DNA of 64,000 nucleotides from Patescibacteria group bacterium (GTDB lineage: Bacteria > Patescibacteriota > Minisyncoccia > Phycocordibacterales > GCA-2747955), in the NCBI GenBank assembly GCA_048538215.1, contig JBLYPV010000001.1:467850-531849 (forward strand). Reading direction: 5' to 3'. Below are positions 7,982-16,423 of the stretch, piece by piece. The notes under the pieces were generated by a model that saw only the letters and a program-made list of their open reading frames with translations, was not told the origin of the DNA and did not search any database. The translations under genes and the position numbers were made by a program. The stretch's first letter is position 1. Each line of letters starts with the position of its first letter.

Positions 7982-10072
7982 ATGAAAAATAATATCATTA
8001 GCGCTCTAGAGTTTATCGCTATAAGTGCTCTCATTATAGCTCCTCTCAGTTTACTTGCCCTCGATACTAATTTACTATTTCCTTATATCACAAGTAAAGC
8101 TTTTGTCTTTCGAGTGATTGTTGAAATTTTAGTAGCAAGCTGGATTTCACTTGCTCTACTCGTGCCTCGCTACCGTATAAGTTGGCACCACCCACTTGTT
8201 GGCGCCTTTACTCTTTTTATGGGTATTATGCTCGTTGCTAATCTCACCGGACTCGATTGGTACCAAAGCTTTTGGTCGAATGCTGAGCGGATGGATGGCT
8301 ATATTGGGCTCCTCCATTTGTATGGCTTCTTTATTGCTGGGCTCGCAATAATTTGTGCCTCAAAAAAAGAGGCTCCCTTGTGGCAGAATCTCGTTTGGAT
8401 ATTTGCATTCATTATAGGCTTGGGAGCTACCTACACGACTACCTTCGCATCAATTGTGGGTACTTACTCAGCTCTTGTTTTGTTGCTCACCTTTGTGGCT
8501 ATGGGATTTATTTTTGCCCCGAGTTTTCGTAAGCCAAACATTCCAAAATCTCTCCTACACTCCCTTCTCGCTCTCGGAATCTACCTAGGAGTAATTGCTA
8601 TTTTCCAAGACAGCAATCGTGCTGATTCTATTTTGGGCAACCCCATTTACTTAGCTACTTATTCATCTTTTGCTCTCACTATCTGCCTCTACTACGCAAG
8701 CATGATCCAAAGTCACTCACGTCAAAATCTTATTGCTTTTGCAAGCTATTTGCTAGGAGCTGGTTTTTTCTTGCTTATTATATTTGAAACTGCTAGTCGT
8801 GGAGCTATCCTTGGATTAGTCTTTGGTGGCTTGACAGCTGCACTTACTGCAAGCTTTACCGTACGCGACAAAGAAAAACGAGCTTGGCGTTGGGCGGGTA
8901 TTATCTTAGCTGTGTTTATTATATCGAGTATGGGGCTATTCTTTGGCTTTAAAGATAAAATTGCCGAAAGCGACTACCTTCCTTCCTCACACTTGATTAA
9001 ACGAGTTGCACATTTCTCTCTTCAAGATACCACTACCAAACACCGTGTGGCAAATTGGGAACAAGCTATCGAGGGATTCAAGGAGCGCCCTCTCCTTGGC
9101 TGGGGACAAGAGCACTACATGGAAGTATTTTCAAAATATTACCAAGCCGACAAGCTCTATGACGCGGAACAATGGTTTGATAGAACGCACAATATGTTTT
9201 TAGACTGGTTGATATTTGGAGGCATCTTAGGCTTAGGAAGTTTCTTGCTTGTCTTAGGAGTAGCCATCTGGATTATCTGGGCTCGCACGGGTAGCTCTAT
9301 TGATAACCTCAATCGAAGTATTCTCACTGGAATTATAGTAATGTATATGGCACAAAATTTTGTAGCCTTTGACGCCCTCGCGACTAGCATTTGGTTTACA
9401 AGTATCCTTATACTCATTGGGTATTTGTATCAAGCCAAGAGGCAAAATTCATCTACCCACCCAGCAATCATCCGTGACAGTATTGCTCTTTTGGCGGTCG
9501 TAACGGTGTGGCTAGGGATGATCTATTGGATGTATATTTCTGTATATGAAACACGAGCCTACGCACATCAATATATGCAGGTAATGCGTCCCATCTCTAG
9601 TGGAATAAATCTTGGTACTTTGCGCGAGCTTCAATATCCCAGTGTGGCAGAAGCAGTGGAAGCCAATACTTTATTCAAACAAGAATTTCTCGAGCAATTT
9701 ATTAATAGTCCTAAAATTTTCTTGCACCCCGATATCTCAAAAGAAACACGAGAAAAATATGGCGCCCTAGTAGTCAAAGAAGCAGAAGCACAAATTGCTC
9801 GCGAGCCGCACGCAAGCCGGCTACCACTCTTTTACGCTAATTTCTTGATACAAACTGGCAATCCAGATAGAGCTTTACCATATCTTGAACAAGTACATCG
9901 CAATTCACCAGAGAAGATTCAGCCACTTTGGCTATTGGGACAGGTATATGAAAGTAAGGGTGATACCGAGCAAGCTCTCGAATATTTCCAAATGGCTAGC
10001 GAATTAGCTCCAGAGTATGAGGAGGCACAAGAGCGCTATCAAAAAGCTCAAGAGCGAATGAGTGACCAGTAA
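7982..10072 (+). CDS. O-antigen ligase/Wzy_C-family membrane protein with C-terminal TPR
   Basis: Many TM helices, TASRGA, RPLLGWG, DRTHNMFLD; TPR-like C-terminus. Confidence 0.85.
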   Translation: MKNNIISALEFIAISALIIAPLSLLALDTNLLFPYITSKAFVFRVIVEILVASWISLALLVPRYRISWHHPLVGAFTLFMGIMLVANLTGLDWYQSFWSNAERMDGYIGLLHLYGFFIAGLAIICASKKEAPLWQNLVWIFAFIIGLGATYTTTFASIVGTYSALVLLLTFVAMGFIFAPSFRKPNIPKSLLHSLLALGIYLGVIAIFQDSNRADSILGNPIYLATYSSFALTICLYYASMIQSHSRQNLIAFASYLLGAGFFLLIIFETASRGAILGLVFGGLTAALTASFTVRDKEKRAWRWAGIILAVFIISSMGLFFGFKDKIAESDYLPSSHLIKRVAHFSLQDTTTKHRVANWEQAIEGFKERPLLGWGQEHYMEVFSKYYQADKLYDAEQWFDRTHNMFLDWLIFGGILGLGSFLLVLGVAIWIIWARTGSSIDNLNRSILTGIIVMYMAQNFVAFDALATSIWFTSILILIGYLYQAKRQNSSTHPAIIRDSIALLAVVTVWLGMIYWMYISVYETRAYAHQYMQVMRPISSGINLGTLRELQYPSVAEAVEANTLFKQEFLEQFINSPKIFLHPDISKETREKYGALVVKEAEAQIAREPHASRLPLFYANFLIQTGNPDRALPYLEQVHRNSPEKIQPLWLLGQVYESKGDTEQALEYFQMASELAPEYEEAQERYQKAQERMSDQ

Positions 10073-10082
10073 ATAGCCTAGG

Positions 10083-10116
10083 GTAGCATTTATTTACACC
10101 TGACACTAAATACTAC
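10083..10116 (-). repeat. Family A palindrome, copy 2
   Basis: GTAGCATTTATTTACACCTGACACTAAATACTAC (reverse orientation). Confidence 0.9.
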
Positions 10117-10186
10117 CTTAGGTGTCACTCTCAAATTTAATCTTATCCCTTGAGGGAGGTCGGGAGGTCAGGTATGATAGATAGTA

Positions 10187-10684
10187 ATGAAACAAGGCTT
10201 TACCCTTATAGAATTGTTGGTAGTAATAGCTATTATTGGTATTCTCTCTCTTGGAATATTTACCCAGCTTGAAAGTGCTCGCACACAGGCACGAGCCGCT
10301 CGGGCTGTACAGATGTTTCAACAAATTGAGAAAGCTATACAAGTGGAATATGCGAGTGTGGCGAGGTATCCAAGAGAAAATGAAATGCCTGGGGACGATA
10401 TAAACACAATAATAAATAATGGCTACCTGTCCGGACTCTCCCCAAATGTTGATTATAAAATTGATGGTAAAGATGTTCGATATGATAATGATGGTGATTC
10501 CAGAGAGGAGTGTAGTGGCGTAACAACAGCTGGAGCATCCTTGTATGTAGAGATGAGTGATGAATTAAAAACAGCAATAGAAAATTTGGTAGACGGTGGG
10601 GATGGGGAAAACTGTGGGAAAATTAGATCATTTAACTCAATATTACTCTACCGCCTCCAAAATGACCCTAGTAAATTTCCATAG
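10187..10684 (+). CDS. Type IV pilin / prepilin-type N-methylation protein
   Basis: MKQG|FTLIELLVVIAIIGIL cleavage motif; C-terminal Cys pair. Confidence 0.92.
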   Translation: MKQGFTLIELLVVIAIIGILSLGIFTQLESARTQARAARAVQMFQQIEKAIQVEYASVARYPRENEMPGDDINTIINNGYLSGLSPNVDYKIDGKDVRYDNDGDSREECSGVTTAGASLYVEMSDELKTAIENLVDGGDGENCGKIRSFNSILLYRLQNDPSKFP

Positions 10685-10776
10685 AAATTTAATTCCCAAA
10701 CAACACAGAAATTTATTTATAAGGAAATCTTTATTTAAGATTTTATAATCTATAATTTTAGAATGCTAACACAAGG

Positions 10777-10810
10777 GTAGTATTTAGTGTCAGGTGCAAA
10801 TAAATACTAC
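10777..10810 (+). repeat. Family A palindrome, copy 3
   Basis: GTAGTATTTAGTGTCAGGTGCAAATAAATACTAC with extra AAGG/CCTT pairing. Confidence 0.9.
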
Positions 10811-10860
10811 CCTTATACTTTATGCTGTAGAGAGGGTCGCTTCTAATCTAAAGACATTCT

Positions 10861-10892
10861 AAAGAAAAATCACCCTAGGGTGATTTTTCTTT
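10861..10892. terminator. Terminator-like palindrome downstream of tRNA-Pro
   Basis: AAAGAAAAATCACCCTAGGGTGATTTTTCTTT. Confidence 0.6.
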
Positions 10893-10896
10893 CCAG

Positions 10897-10969
10897 TCGG
10901 GGCGCCGGGATTCGAACCCGGAGTCTCCCGCTCCCAAAGCGGACATGTTAGCCGTTACACTACGCCCCG
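10897..10969 (-). tRNA. tRNA-Pro(TGG), CCA not encoded
   Basis: CGGGGCG acceptor stem, anticodon loop TTTGGGA, T-loop GTTCGAATC. Confidence 0.95.
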
Positions 10970-11023
10970 ATGTTTGGCAAAAGCATAGTACCATATTTTT
11001 AGCATAAGCCAAGAAGATACAGA

Positions 11024-11488
11024 CTATGCAACAAATTCTTCCCAGGTACTCACCTGTCCATGCAGAGCTACATACACTCCATGTGGCATTTTTTGTACAG
11101 CCCCCACGGCCATACCTACATTAAAATCAGCATCGGAATCACGAAACTTTTCGGGTATCATTGCTCCTGTGAGCACGATAGTCTTATCTTTGATTGGAGC
11201 TAGTGCCTCAGCTGTCAATCCAATAGTATCTGTCCCATGGGTAATCACTATTTTATCAGTACCTAATTGCGATACTGTATTGTAAACTTCCTGACGATCT
11301 CGATCGTCCATATCCAAGCTATCTTTTTGCATAATGCGTAAGACCTCAAAGGAAAACTGCGGGGTAACGCGCCCTAAAATATCAATAACCGCTGGTTCGC
11401 CGATTTGAAAAGCATAGCCGTGGTCAGACAAGCCCTGCGGATAATCTTTATCGATAGTGCCCCCCACTTGTACAAAGGTAATTTTCAT
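11024..11488 (-). CDS. Single-domain asparaginase-family protein
   Basis: GGTIDK, DSLDM, ITHGTDT, VLTGAM motifs. Confidence 0.85.
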   Translation of the reverse strand: MKITFVQVGGTIDKDYPQGLSDHGYAFQIGEPAVIDILGRVTPQFSFEVLRIMQKDSLDMDDRDRQEVYNTVSQLGTDKIVITHGTDTIGLTAEALAPIKDKTIVLTGAMIPEKFRDSDADFNVGMAVGAVQKMPHGVYVALHGQVSTWEEFVA

Positions 11489-11495
11489 ACACTCA

Positions 11496-11828
11496 TTATA
11501 CGCGAGCGGATAATCTCTTCAAGAGCTTGCCCACCTCAAGCTCAAGCTTTTTAAATGAGACGCCCACCCCTTCCTTTTTGAGTACGAGCAAAAGATGAGT
11601 ATCGGGAGGAATGCTATCCCAATGTATACGCAAGGCGTGATATAGTCTCCTTCGCCAGTGATTGCGATCCACTGCTTTCTTTACTATTTTTTTACTCACC
11701 GTTACAGAAGCTTTGGCACTACCCGCTTTCGTATACATAATATGCAAATACTCTCCATGTAGATGATGGGGGCTAGCACAAAGCTTCTCTACTTCTCGTG
11801 AATTCATTCTTTGTTTGGCAGGCAACAT
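11496..11828 (-). CDS. rnpA: Ribonuclease P protein component
   Basis: VSKKIVKKAVDRNHWRRR motif; downstream of rpmH. Confidence 0.92.
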   Translation of the reverse strand: MLPAKQRMNSREVEKLCASPHHLHGEYLHIMYTKAGSAKASVTVSKKIVKKAVDRNHWRRRLYHALRIHWDSIPPDTHLLLVLKKEGVGVSFKKLELEVGKLLKRLSARV

Positions 11829-11857
11829 AGATACAATACTATCCTACTGGAGACAAT

Positions 11858-11897
11858 AAATAAAATACAAGAGCTTGCAAGCTCTTGTATTTTATTT
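11858..11897. repeat. 40-bp perfect palindrome between rpmH and rnpA
   Basis: AAATAAAATACAAGAGCTTG|CAAGCTCTTGTATTTTATTT. Confidence 0.8.
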
Positions 11898-11907
11898 TTG
11901 ATATATA

Positions 11908-12042
11908 TTAAACGCTCAATTTTTTGCGTCCTTTACGACGACGGTCTCTGATTACTCTCCTGCCTCCCACAGTTTTCATACGACTCAAAAAGCCATGGAT
12001 TCGACTTCGTTTTCGTTTTTTGGGCTGATAGGTTTGTGACAT
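11908..12042 (-). CDS. rpmH: 50S ribosomal protein L34
   Basis: [22 protein letters not shown]...RRRKGRKKL; start at 12042. Confidence 0.97.
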   Translation of the reverse strand: MSQTYQPKKRKRSRIHGFLSRMKTVGGRRVIRDRRRKGRKKLSV

Positions 12043-12107
12043 AGTTGCGGGATTGTACATAAAATATACAAGTATTGCAAGCATTGCTTGACATAAGACC
12101 CTATAGC

Positions 12108-12127
12108 TTATCCACAAGTTATCCAGA
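12108..12127 (+). promoter_or_regulatory. DnaA boxes upstream of dnaA
   Basis: Perfect TTATCCACA at 12108-12116; TTATCCAGA at 12119-12127. Confidence 0.75.
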
Positions 12128-12309
12128 AAAATCCCCCAAGCAGCTATTATTTGGTTTTTCCCATTTTTTACTGCACAATAGCATATATTAGCAAGCTGCT
12201 CTTCTGCAAAATCATCAACTATGACTATCTCAGATTACACTGATGATGAATTAGCGTGATAGGTATTATATATACCAAGCTCTATGAAGAGTAATAACAT
12301 ACAATTACT

Positions 12310-13656
12310 ATGGTACACGACCTTGAAACAATATGGGAAAAAGCTTCTACTAATATCGAGCTCGATATCTCACAAGCAAATTTTAATACTTGGTTCAAGG
12401 ATGCCTTTATATCTAAAATTGAGGACGGTATTGTAACCATCGCTGCACCAAACCAATTCGTCAAAAACTGGTTGGCTGACAAATTTCACAAAACAATCCT
12501 CAAGCATCTTATCAATATCGATAGTACCTTCAGAAACATCGATTATATAATTGAGAAAAAAGAAGATAGAAAAGAACAGCCAAGACGCCAGGCCCCCTCG
12601 GTCAACAATCGTCTTCCTATAGACTCTCTCTATATCAACAAAGATGACAATCTCAACCCTCGTTATACCTTTGATACATTTGTGGTGGGTGATTTCAATG
12701 AGGTGGCCTACAGTGCCGCCCAAGCTATCGTCAAAAAACAAGAGGTCGTCTACAATCCATTTTTTGTCTATGGCTCTACAGGTTTTGGAAAAACTCATCT
12801 TATTCAAGCAGTAGGTAATTACATAAAGAAAACTCAGCCACACAAAAAAGTGTATTATCTCACTACCGATAAATTCCAAATGGAAGTAGTAGAGCAAATA
12901 GGAAAATCAAACAGGGCTAATGATTTTAAAAATAAATATCGTAAGTATGATATTTTAATTATTGATGATATTCAATTCTTAGCAAAAAAAGAAAAGACCC
13001 AAGAAGAGCTCTTCCATCTCTTTAATTACCTCTACGATAACAACAAGCAAATTATCTTCTCCTCAGATAAACACCCTAATCAAATATCTGAAATTGAAGA
13101 TCGTCTTCGCGGACGCTTTAATGCAGGAATGACGATTGATATTCAAGCGCCAGATTATGAATCTCGTATAGAAATCTTACGACAAAAAGCCCTCGCATCT
13201 CAATATGGACTTTCAGAAAAAATTATCGAGTACCTAGCTACTACCATCAATGGTAATATTCGTGAGCTTGAGGGAGTCTTAAACTCAGTCATCCTTAAAT
13301 CAGATGTGAAGGCACGAGAGCTCAATCTCAATGAAGTAAAGGATTTGGTAAAAAATAATGTTAAAAAGAAAAAGGTAATGAAGGTAGAGGAAATAGTCCA
13401 AATTGTTTCCGACTACTATGGAATCGATGAAGAAAATGTGTATAAAAAAATTCGTAAGAAAGAGTTTGTAAAGCCCCGACAACTCATTATGTACATCTTA
13501 AGGGAAGATTTTAAAATTTCTTTTCCAACTATTGGAGAAAAGCTTGGTGGGCGTGATCACACTACAGTTATGCATAGTTGTGAAAAAGTACGTGAAGAAT
13601 TGGAAGATAATCCTCAATTAATATCTGACCTTGATTCTATTCGAAGTATGTTTTAA
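12310..13656 (+). CDS. dnaA: Chromosomal replication initiator DnaA
   Basis: YNPFFVYGSTGFGKTHL, IDDIQF, RELEG, GGRDHTTVMH. Confidence 0.99.
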   Translation: MVHDLETIWEKASTNIELDISQANFNTWFKDAFISKIEDGIVTIAAPNQFVKNWLADKFHKTILKHLINIDSTFRNIDYIIEKKEDRKEQPRRQAPSVNNRLPIDSLYINKDDNLNPRYTFDTFVVGDFNEVAYSAAQAIVKKQEVVYNPFFVYGSTGFGKTHLIQAVGNYIKKTQPHKKVYYLTTDKFQMEVVEQIGKSNRANDFKNKYRKYDILIIDDIQFLAKKEKTQEELFHLFNYLYDNNKQIIFSSDKHPNQISEIEDRLRGRFNAGMTIDIQAPDYESRIEILRQKALASQYGLSEKIIEYLATTINGNIRELEGVLNSVILKSDVKARELNLNEVKDLVKNNVKKKKVMKVEEIVQIVSDYYGIDEENVYKKIRKKEFVKPRQLIMYILREDFKISFPTIGEKLGGRDHTTVMHSCEKVREELEDNPQLISDLDSIRSMF

Positions 13657-14012
13657 TTGGTATAAAACACAGCACTATTTTTAAAACAAGAATACTCACT
13701 CGTGAGTATTTTTTAAAAGAATTACCAATACACACTTCACTAAAAATCCCAAGTGGATTACCCCTATAATATCTGGGGAAAAACTATGCATAGATTGAGG
13801 GATAAACCGGTGGATTAATTATATCAATCTCGGTATAAATGATATGATTGTAATTACACCAGAAATACCAGAAATTGCTTCAACAAGCGCAGAGAAAGTT
13901 TTGGAGATGTTAGTATAATTATTCACAAGCAATAAGTAGATATACTCACAAAAAAATGGTTTATCCAGATATTCACAAGAGATAATATTATTAATAAATA
14001 TATAATAAATAT
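13657..14012. other. Probable oriC (dnaA-dnaN intergenic region)
   Basis: Degenerate DnaA boxes (TTATTCACA 13919, TTATCCAGA 13961, ATATTCACA 13969, reverse-type GTGGATTA near 13753 and 13810) followed by an A/T-only run at 13982-14012. Confidence 0.75.
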
Positions 14013-15128
14013 ATGGACTTCGAATGTGTACAAAATAAATTGAGACAAGCAGTACAGAAAAGTAATCAGGTAGTATCACGCTCGATCGACTTACCAATTC
14101 TTTCTTGCGTTTTAATGACCACTACAGGAGACAAGCTTTTATTGCAAAGTACTGATATAGAACATGCTCTTACTGTAACAATTCCTGCACGAATACATCA
14201 AGAAGGAAGAGTGGCGGTACAAAGTGATGTCATCAACCGAATTCTTCAGGGAGTAAATAGTAAAGATGAACACACTAAAATTACATTAGATAAACAAGAG
14301 CTAGTAGTAAGCACAAGTCTTACCGAAAGCCGTATCACCACTCAAGATGATAGTGATTTTCCTACCATTCCTCATATTGAAACTGATGAGGGGACAGTCA
14401 GTGTCTCTATTAGCACCGAGGATTTTCTTAGAGGGTTGGAGGTAGTTAGTTTTGCTGCATCTCATTCAAATATTAAACCAGAACTATCCTCGGTATATGT
14501 TTATTACGAAGCAGGGAGGCTTACATTTGTTTGTACGGATGGTTTTCGTCTTGCTGAGCAGGTAATTATAGTAGATCTCGGCGCTCTCGAGTTTGATTTT
14601 CTCTTACCAGTAAAATCAGCTGGAATAATTCAAAAATTATTTGATGATTACTCTAAAGAAGATCTCACTATTTATATTACCGATAATCAATTAGCAATAA
14701 AAAATAAACAATTATATTTTACCTGCCGATTAGTATCTGGAAATTTTCCTGATTATAAAAAATTAATTCCTACCGAGCACGAGACCAGTACAGTAATGCT
14801 CAAAGAGGATTTAGCTTCAGTCCTTAAGCTCTCAAATATATTTTCAAATGAGTACCATGAAGTAGTACTCAATATTGATCCTTCTAAAAAATTATGTGAG
14901 CTTTCCAGTAGTAATAAAGAGGTGGGAAGTAATCGTACCAATATTCCCGCAGTCCTTGAGGGAGATCCTGTAACAGTCACATTCAACTATCGTTTTCTCA
15001 ATGAGGCTTTACCGGTAGTACATACCGATAGTGTACAAATTACCTTTACTGATCCAGGGCGCCCACTCAAACTCACTACTATACCTGAATCAGCATTTAC
15101 TTATATTGTAATGCCACTTAACACCTAA
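14013..15128 (+). CDS. dnaN: DNA polymerase III beta sliding clamp
   Basis: LPILS, TDGFRLAE, GNFPDY, YIVMPL; follows dnaA. Confidence 0.96.
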   Translation: MDFECVQNKLRQAVQKSNQVVSRSIDLPILSCVLMTTTGDKLLLQSTDIEHALTVTIPARIHQEGRVAVQSDVINRILQGVNSKDEHTKITLDKQELVVSTSLTESRITTQDDSDFPTIPHIETDEGTVSVSISTEDFLRGLEVVSFAASHSNIKPELSSVYVYYEAGRLTFVCTDGFRLAEQVIIVDLGALEFDFLLPVKSAGIIQKLFDDYSKEDLTIYITDNQLAIKNKQLYFTCRLVSGNFPDYKKLIPTEHETSTVMLKEDLASVLKLSNIFSNEYHEVVLNIDPSKKLCELSSSNKEVGSNRTNIPAVLEGDPVTVTFNYRFLNEALPVVHTDSVQITFTDPGRPLKLTTIPESAFTYIVMPLNT

Positions 15129-15138
15129 GAAGGATTAA

Positions 15139-15849
15139 TTATGACTGTGGGAGACTGAGTATAATTTGTTCCAAACGACAAGAAAGATCAAGACCACCTC
15201 GGCGTGACTCGTGATACTGGGATACCAATCTAATATGCAATGATTGGGCTTGTGTGGCCGACCAGGATGATTTATGTGCTTTGTTGTATACAAAGTCACT
15301 AAGACCAGAATCAGCTCTATTTTTAGTTTTAGCAAGATGGAGTGATCGAGCCTGAAATACTAATATTCCGTATATTGCTTCCGGAGCTACCCCATTAAGA
15401 AATTCTTTCTGTAAAGCCGTCCACAGTGCTCGTGTATTTTTTGCACATAATAAATCAGCGAGATAAAATAAATTATCTTTTACTTGCTTGTGCGCATTGT
15501 GCTCATATACTATTGCACCATGTTTTGTAAAGCTAGTAATTTCTTTTTTTGAAAGAAGTTGCTCGTAGAGAATAAAGGCGTTTTTAGATTCGTGGAATAG
15601 TGGAGCGTTGCTTAATAAGTATTGTTTAATTTCATTTTCAGCGCATAGGGAGTTGGCACAAATAATTGATTTACTATCAAACAAACCAACACTAGCAGTG
15701 TGTTCTTGAAGCACAGGTAATACTTCTGGATGGTCTGATTTGAGGTTAATGATTTGAGCACTTGGGCGTTTGGTATATAGCGATGAGAGTAGGGCACTCT
15801 TTTTCTTTTGAATGGTAGCAAAGTCATCACCAGTAAAGATATGAAGCAT
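15139..15849 (-). CDS. Shortened DNA polymerase III delta-like (HolA-like) protein
   Basis: MLHIFTGDD N-terminus, GLFD, LFYLADLL and LEQIIL pattern typical of delta subunits. Confidence 0.6.
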   Translation of the reverse strand: MLHIFTGDDFATIQKKKSALLSSLYTKRPSAQIINLKSDHPEVLPVLQEHTASVGLFDSKSIICANSLCAENEIKQYLLSNAPLFHESKNAFILYEQLLSKKEITSFTKHGAIVYEHNAHKQVKDNLFYLADLLCAKNTRALWTALQKEFLNGVAPEAIYGILVFQARSLHLAKTKNRADSGLSDFVYNKAHKSSWSATQAQSLHIRLVSQYHESRRGGLDLSCRLEQIILSLPQS

Positions 15850-15901
15850 CTGTATATTATAACATTCCCCAATTCAATAGATTTGGTATACTAAAATCTA
15901 T

Positions 15902-16411
15902 ATGTTGGGTGAAATTTTCAAAGCCAATACATTTTTATTTGTTGTTTTTATGGCAGTGATGATATTTGGATTATATGCATTTTGGACAGGAAAAGATGAT
16001 GGAGACGCTGTATTACAAATTCCAGGATATGGATCAAATAGTTTGGGTTCTCAATTAGACAATAGTTTATATATCGAAGATGATTCTTCAAGAAAATCAA
16101 ACACAGATGTGCGGGGTATACAAAGTGTAAGTGGAGGTGGAGGTGAGGCTAATCAAGCAGTGTTTGAGACCAGCCCTCCTATTCTTGAGGGCTATGTGGC
16201 AGGGTACGGTACTAAAACTAGTGGTGGCAGAGAGTACTGGATACTCTTGGTAGCTACTCCACAACTTAAAATCAATGGCTATGAAGTAGATATGCGAGAT
16301 ATCATAGGCTACCGAAAGCTTAATACCTCTCTTTGGCAAGAAGGGGATTTCGTGCGCATCTATGGCACCCTTGTATCAGAAACAGTCGTTCGTGCTCAAG
16401 CGGTACAATAA
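15902..16411 (+). CDS. Hypothetical membrane-anchored protein
   Basis: N-terminal TM helix, linker, small beta-rich C-terminal domain. Confidence 0.65.
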   Translation: MLGEIFKANTFLFVVFMAVMIFGLYAFWTGKDDGDAVLQIPGYGSNSLGSQLDNSLYIEDDSSRKSNTDVRGIQSVSGGGGEANQAVFETSPPILEGYVAGYGTKTSGGREYWILLVATPQLKINGYEVDMRDIIGYRKLNTSLWQEGDFVRIYGTLVSETVVRAQAVQ

Positions 16412-16423
16412 TTTTTTTACACA

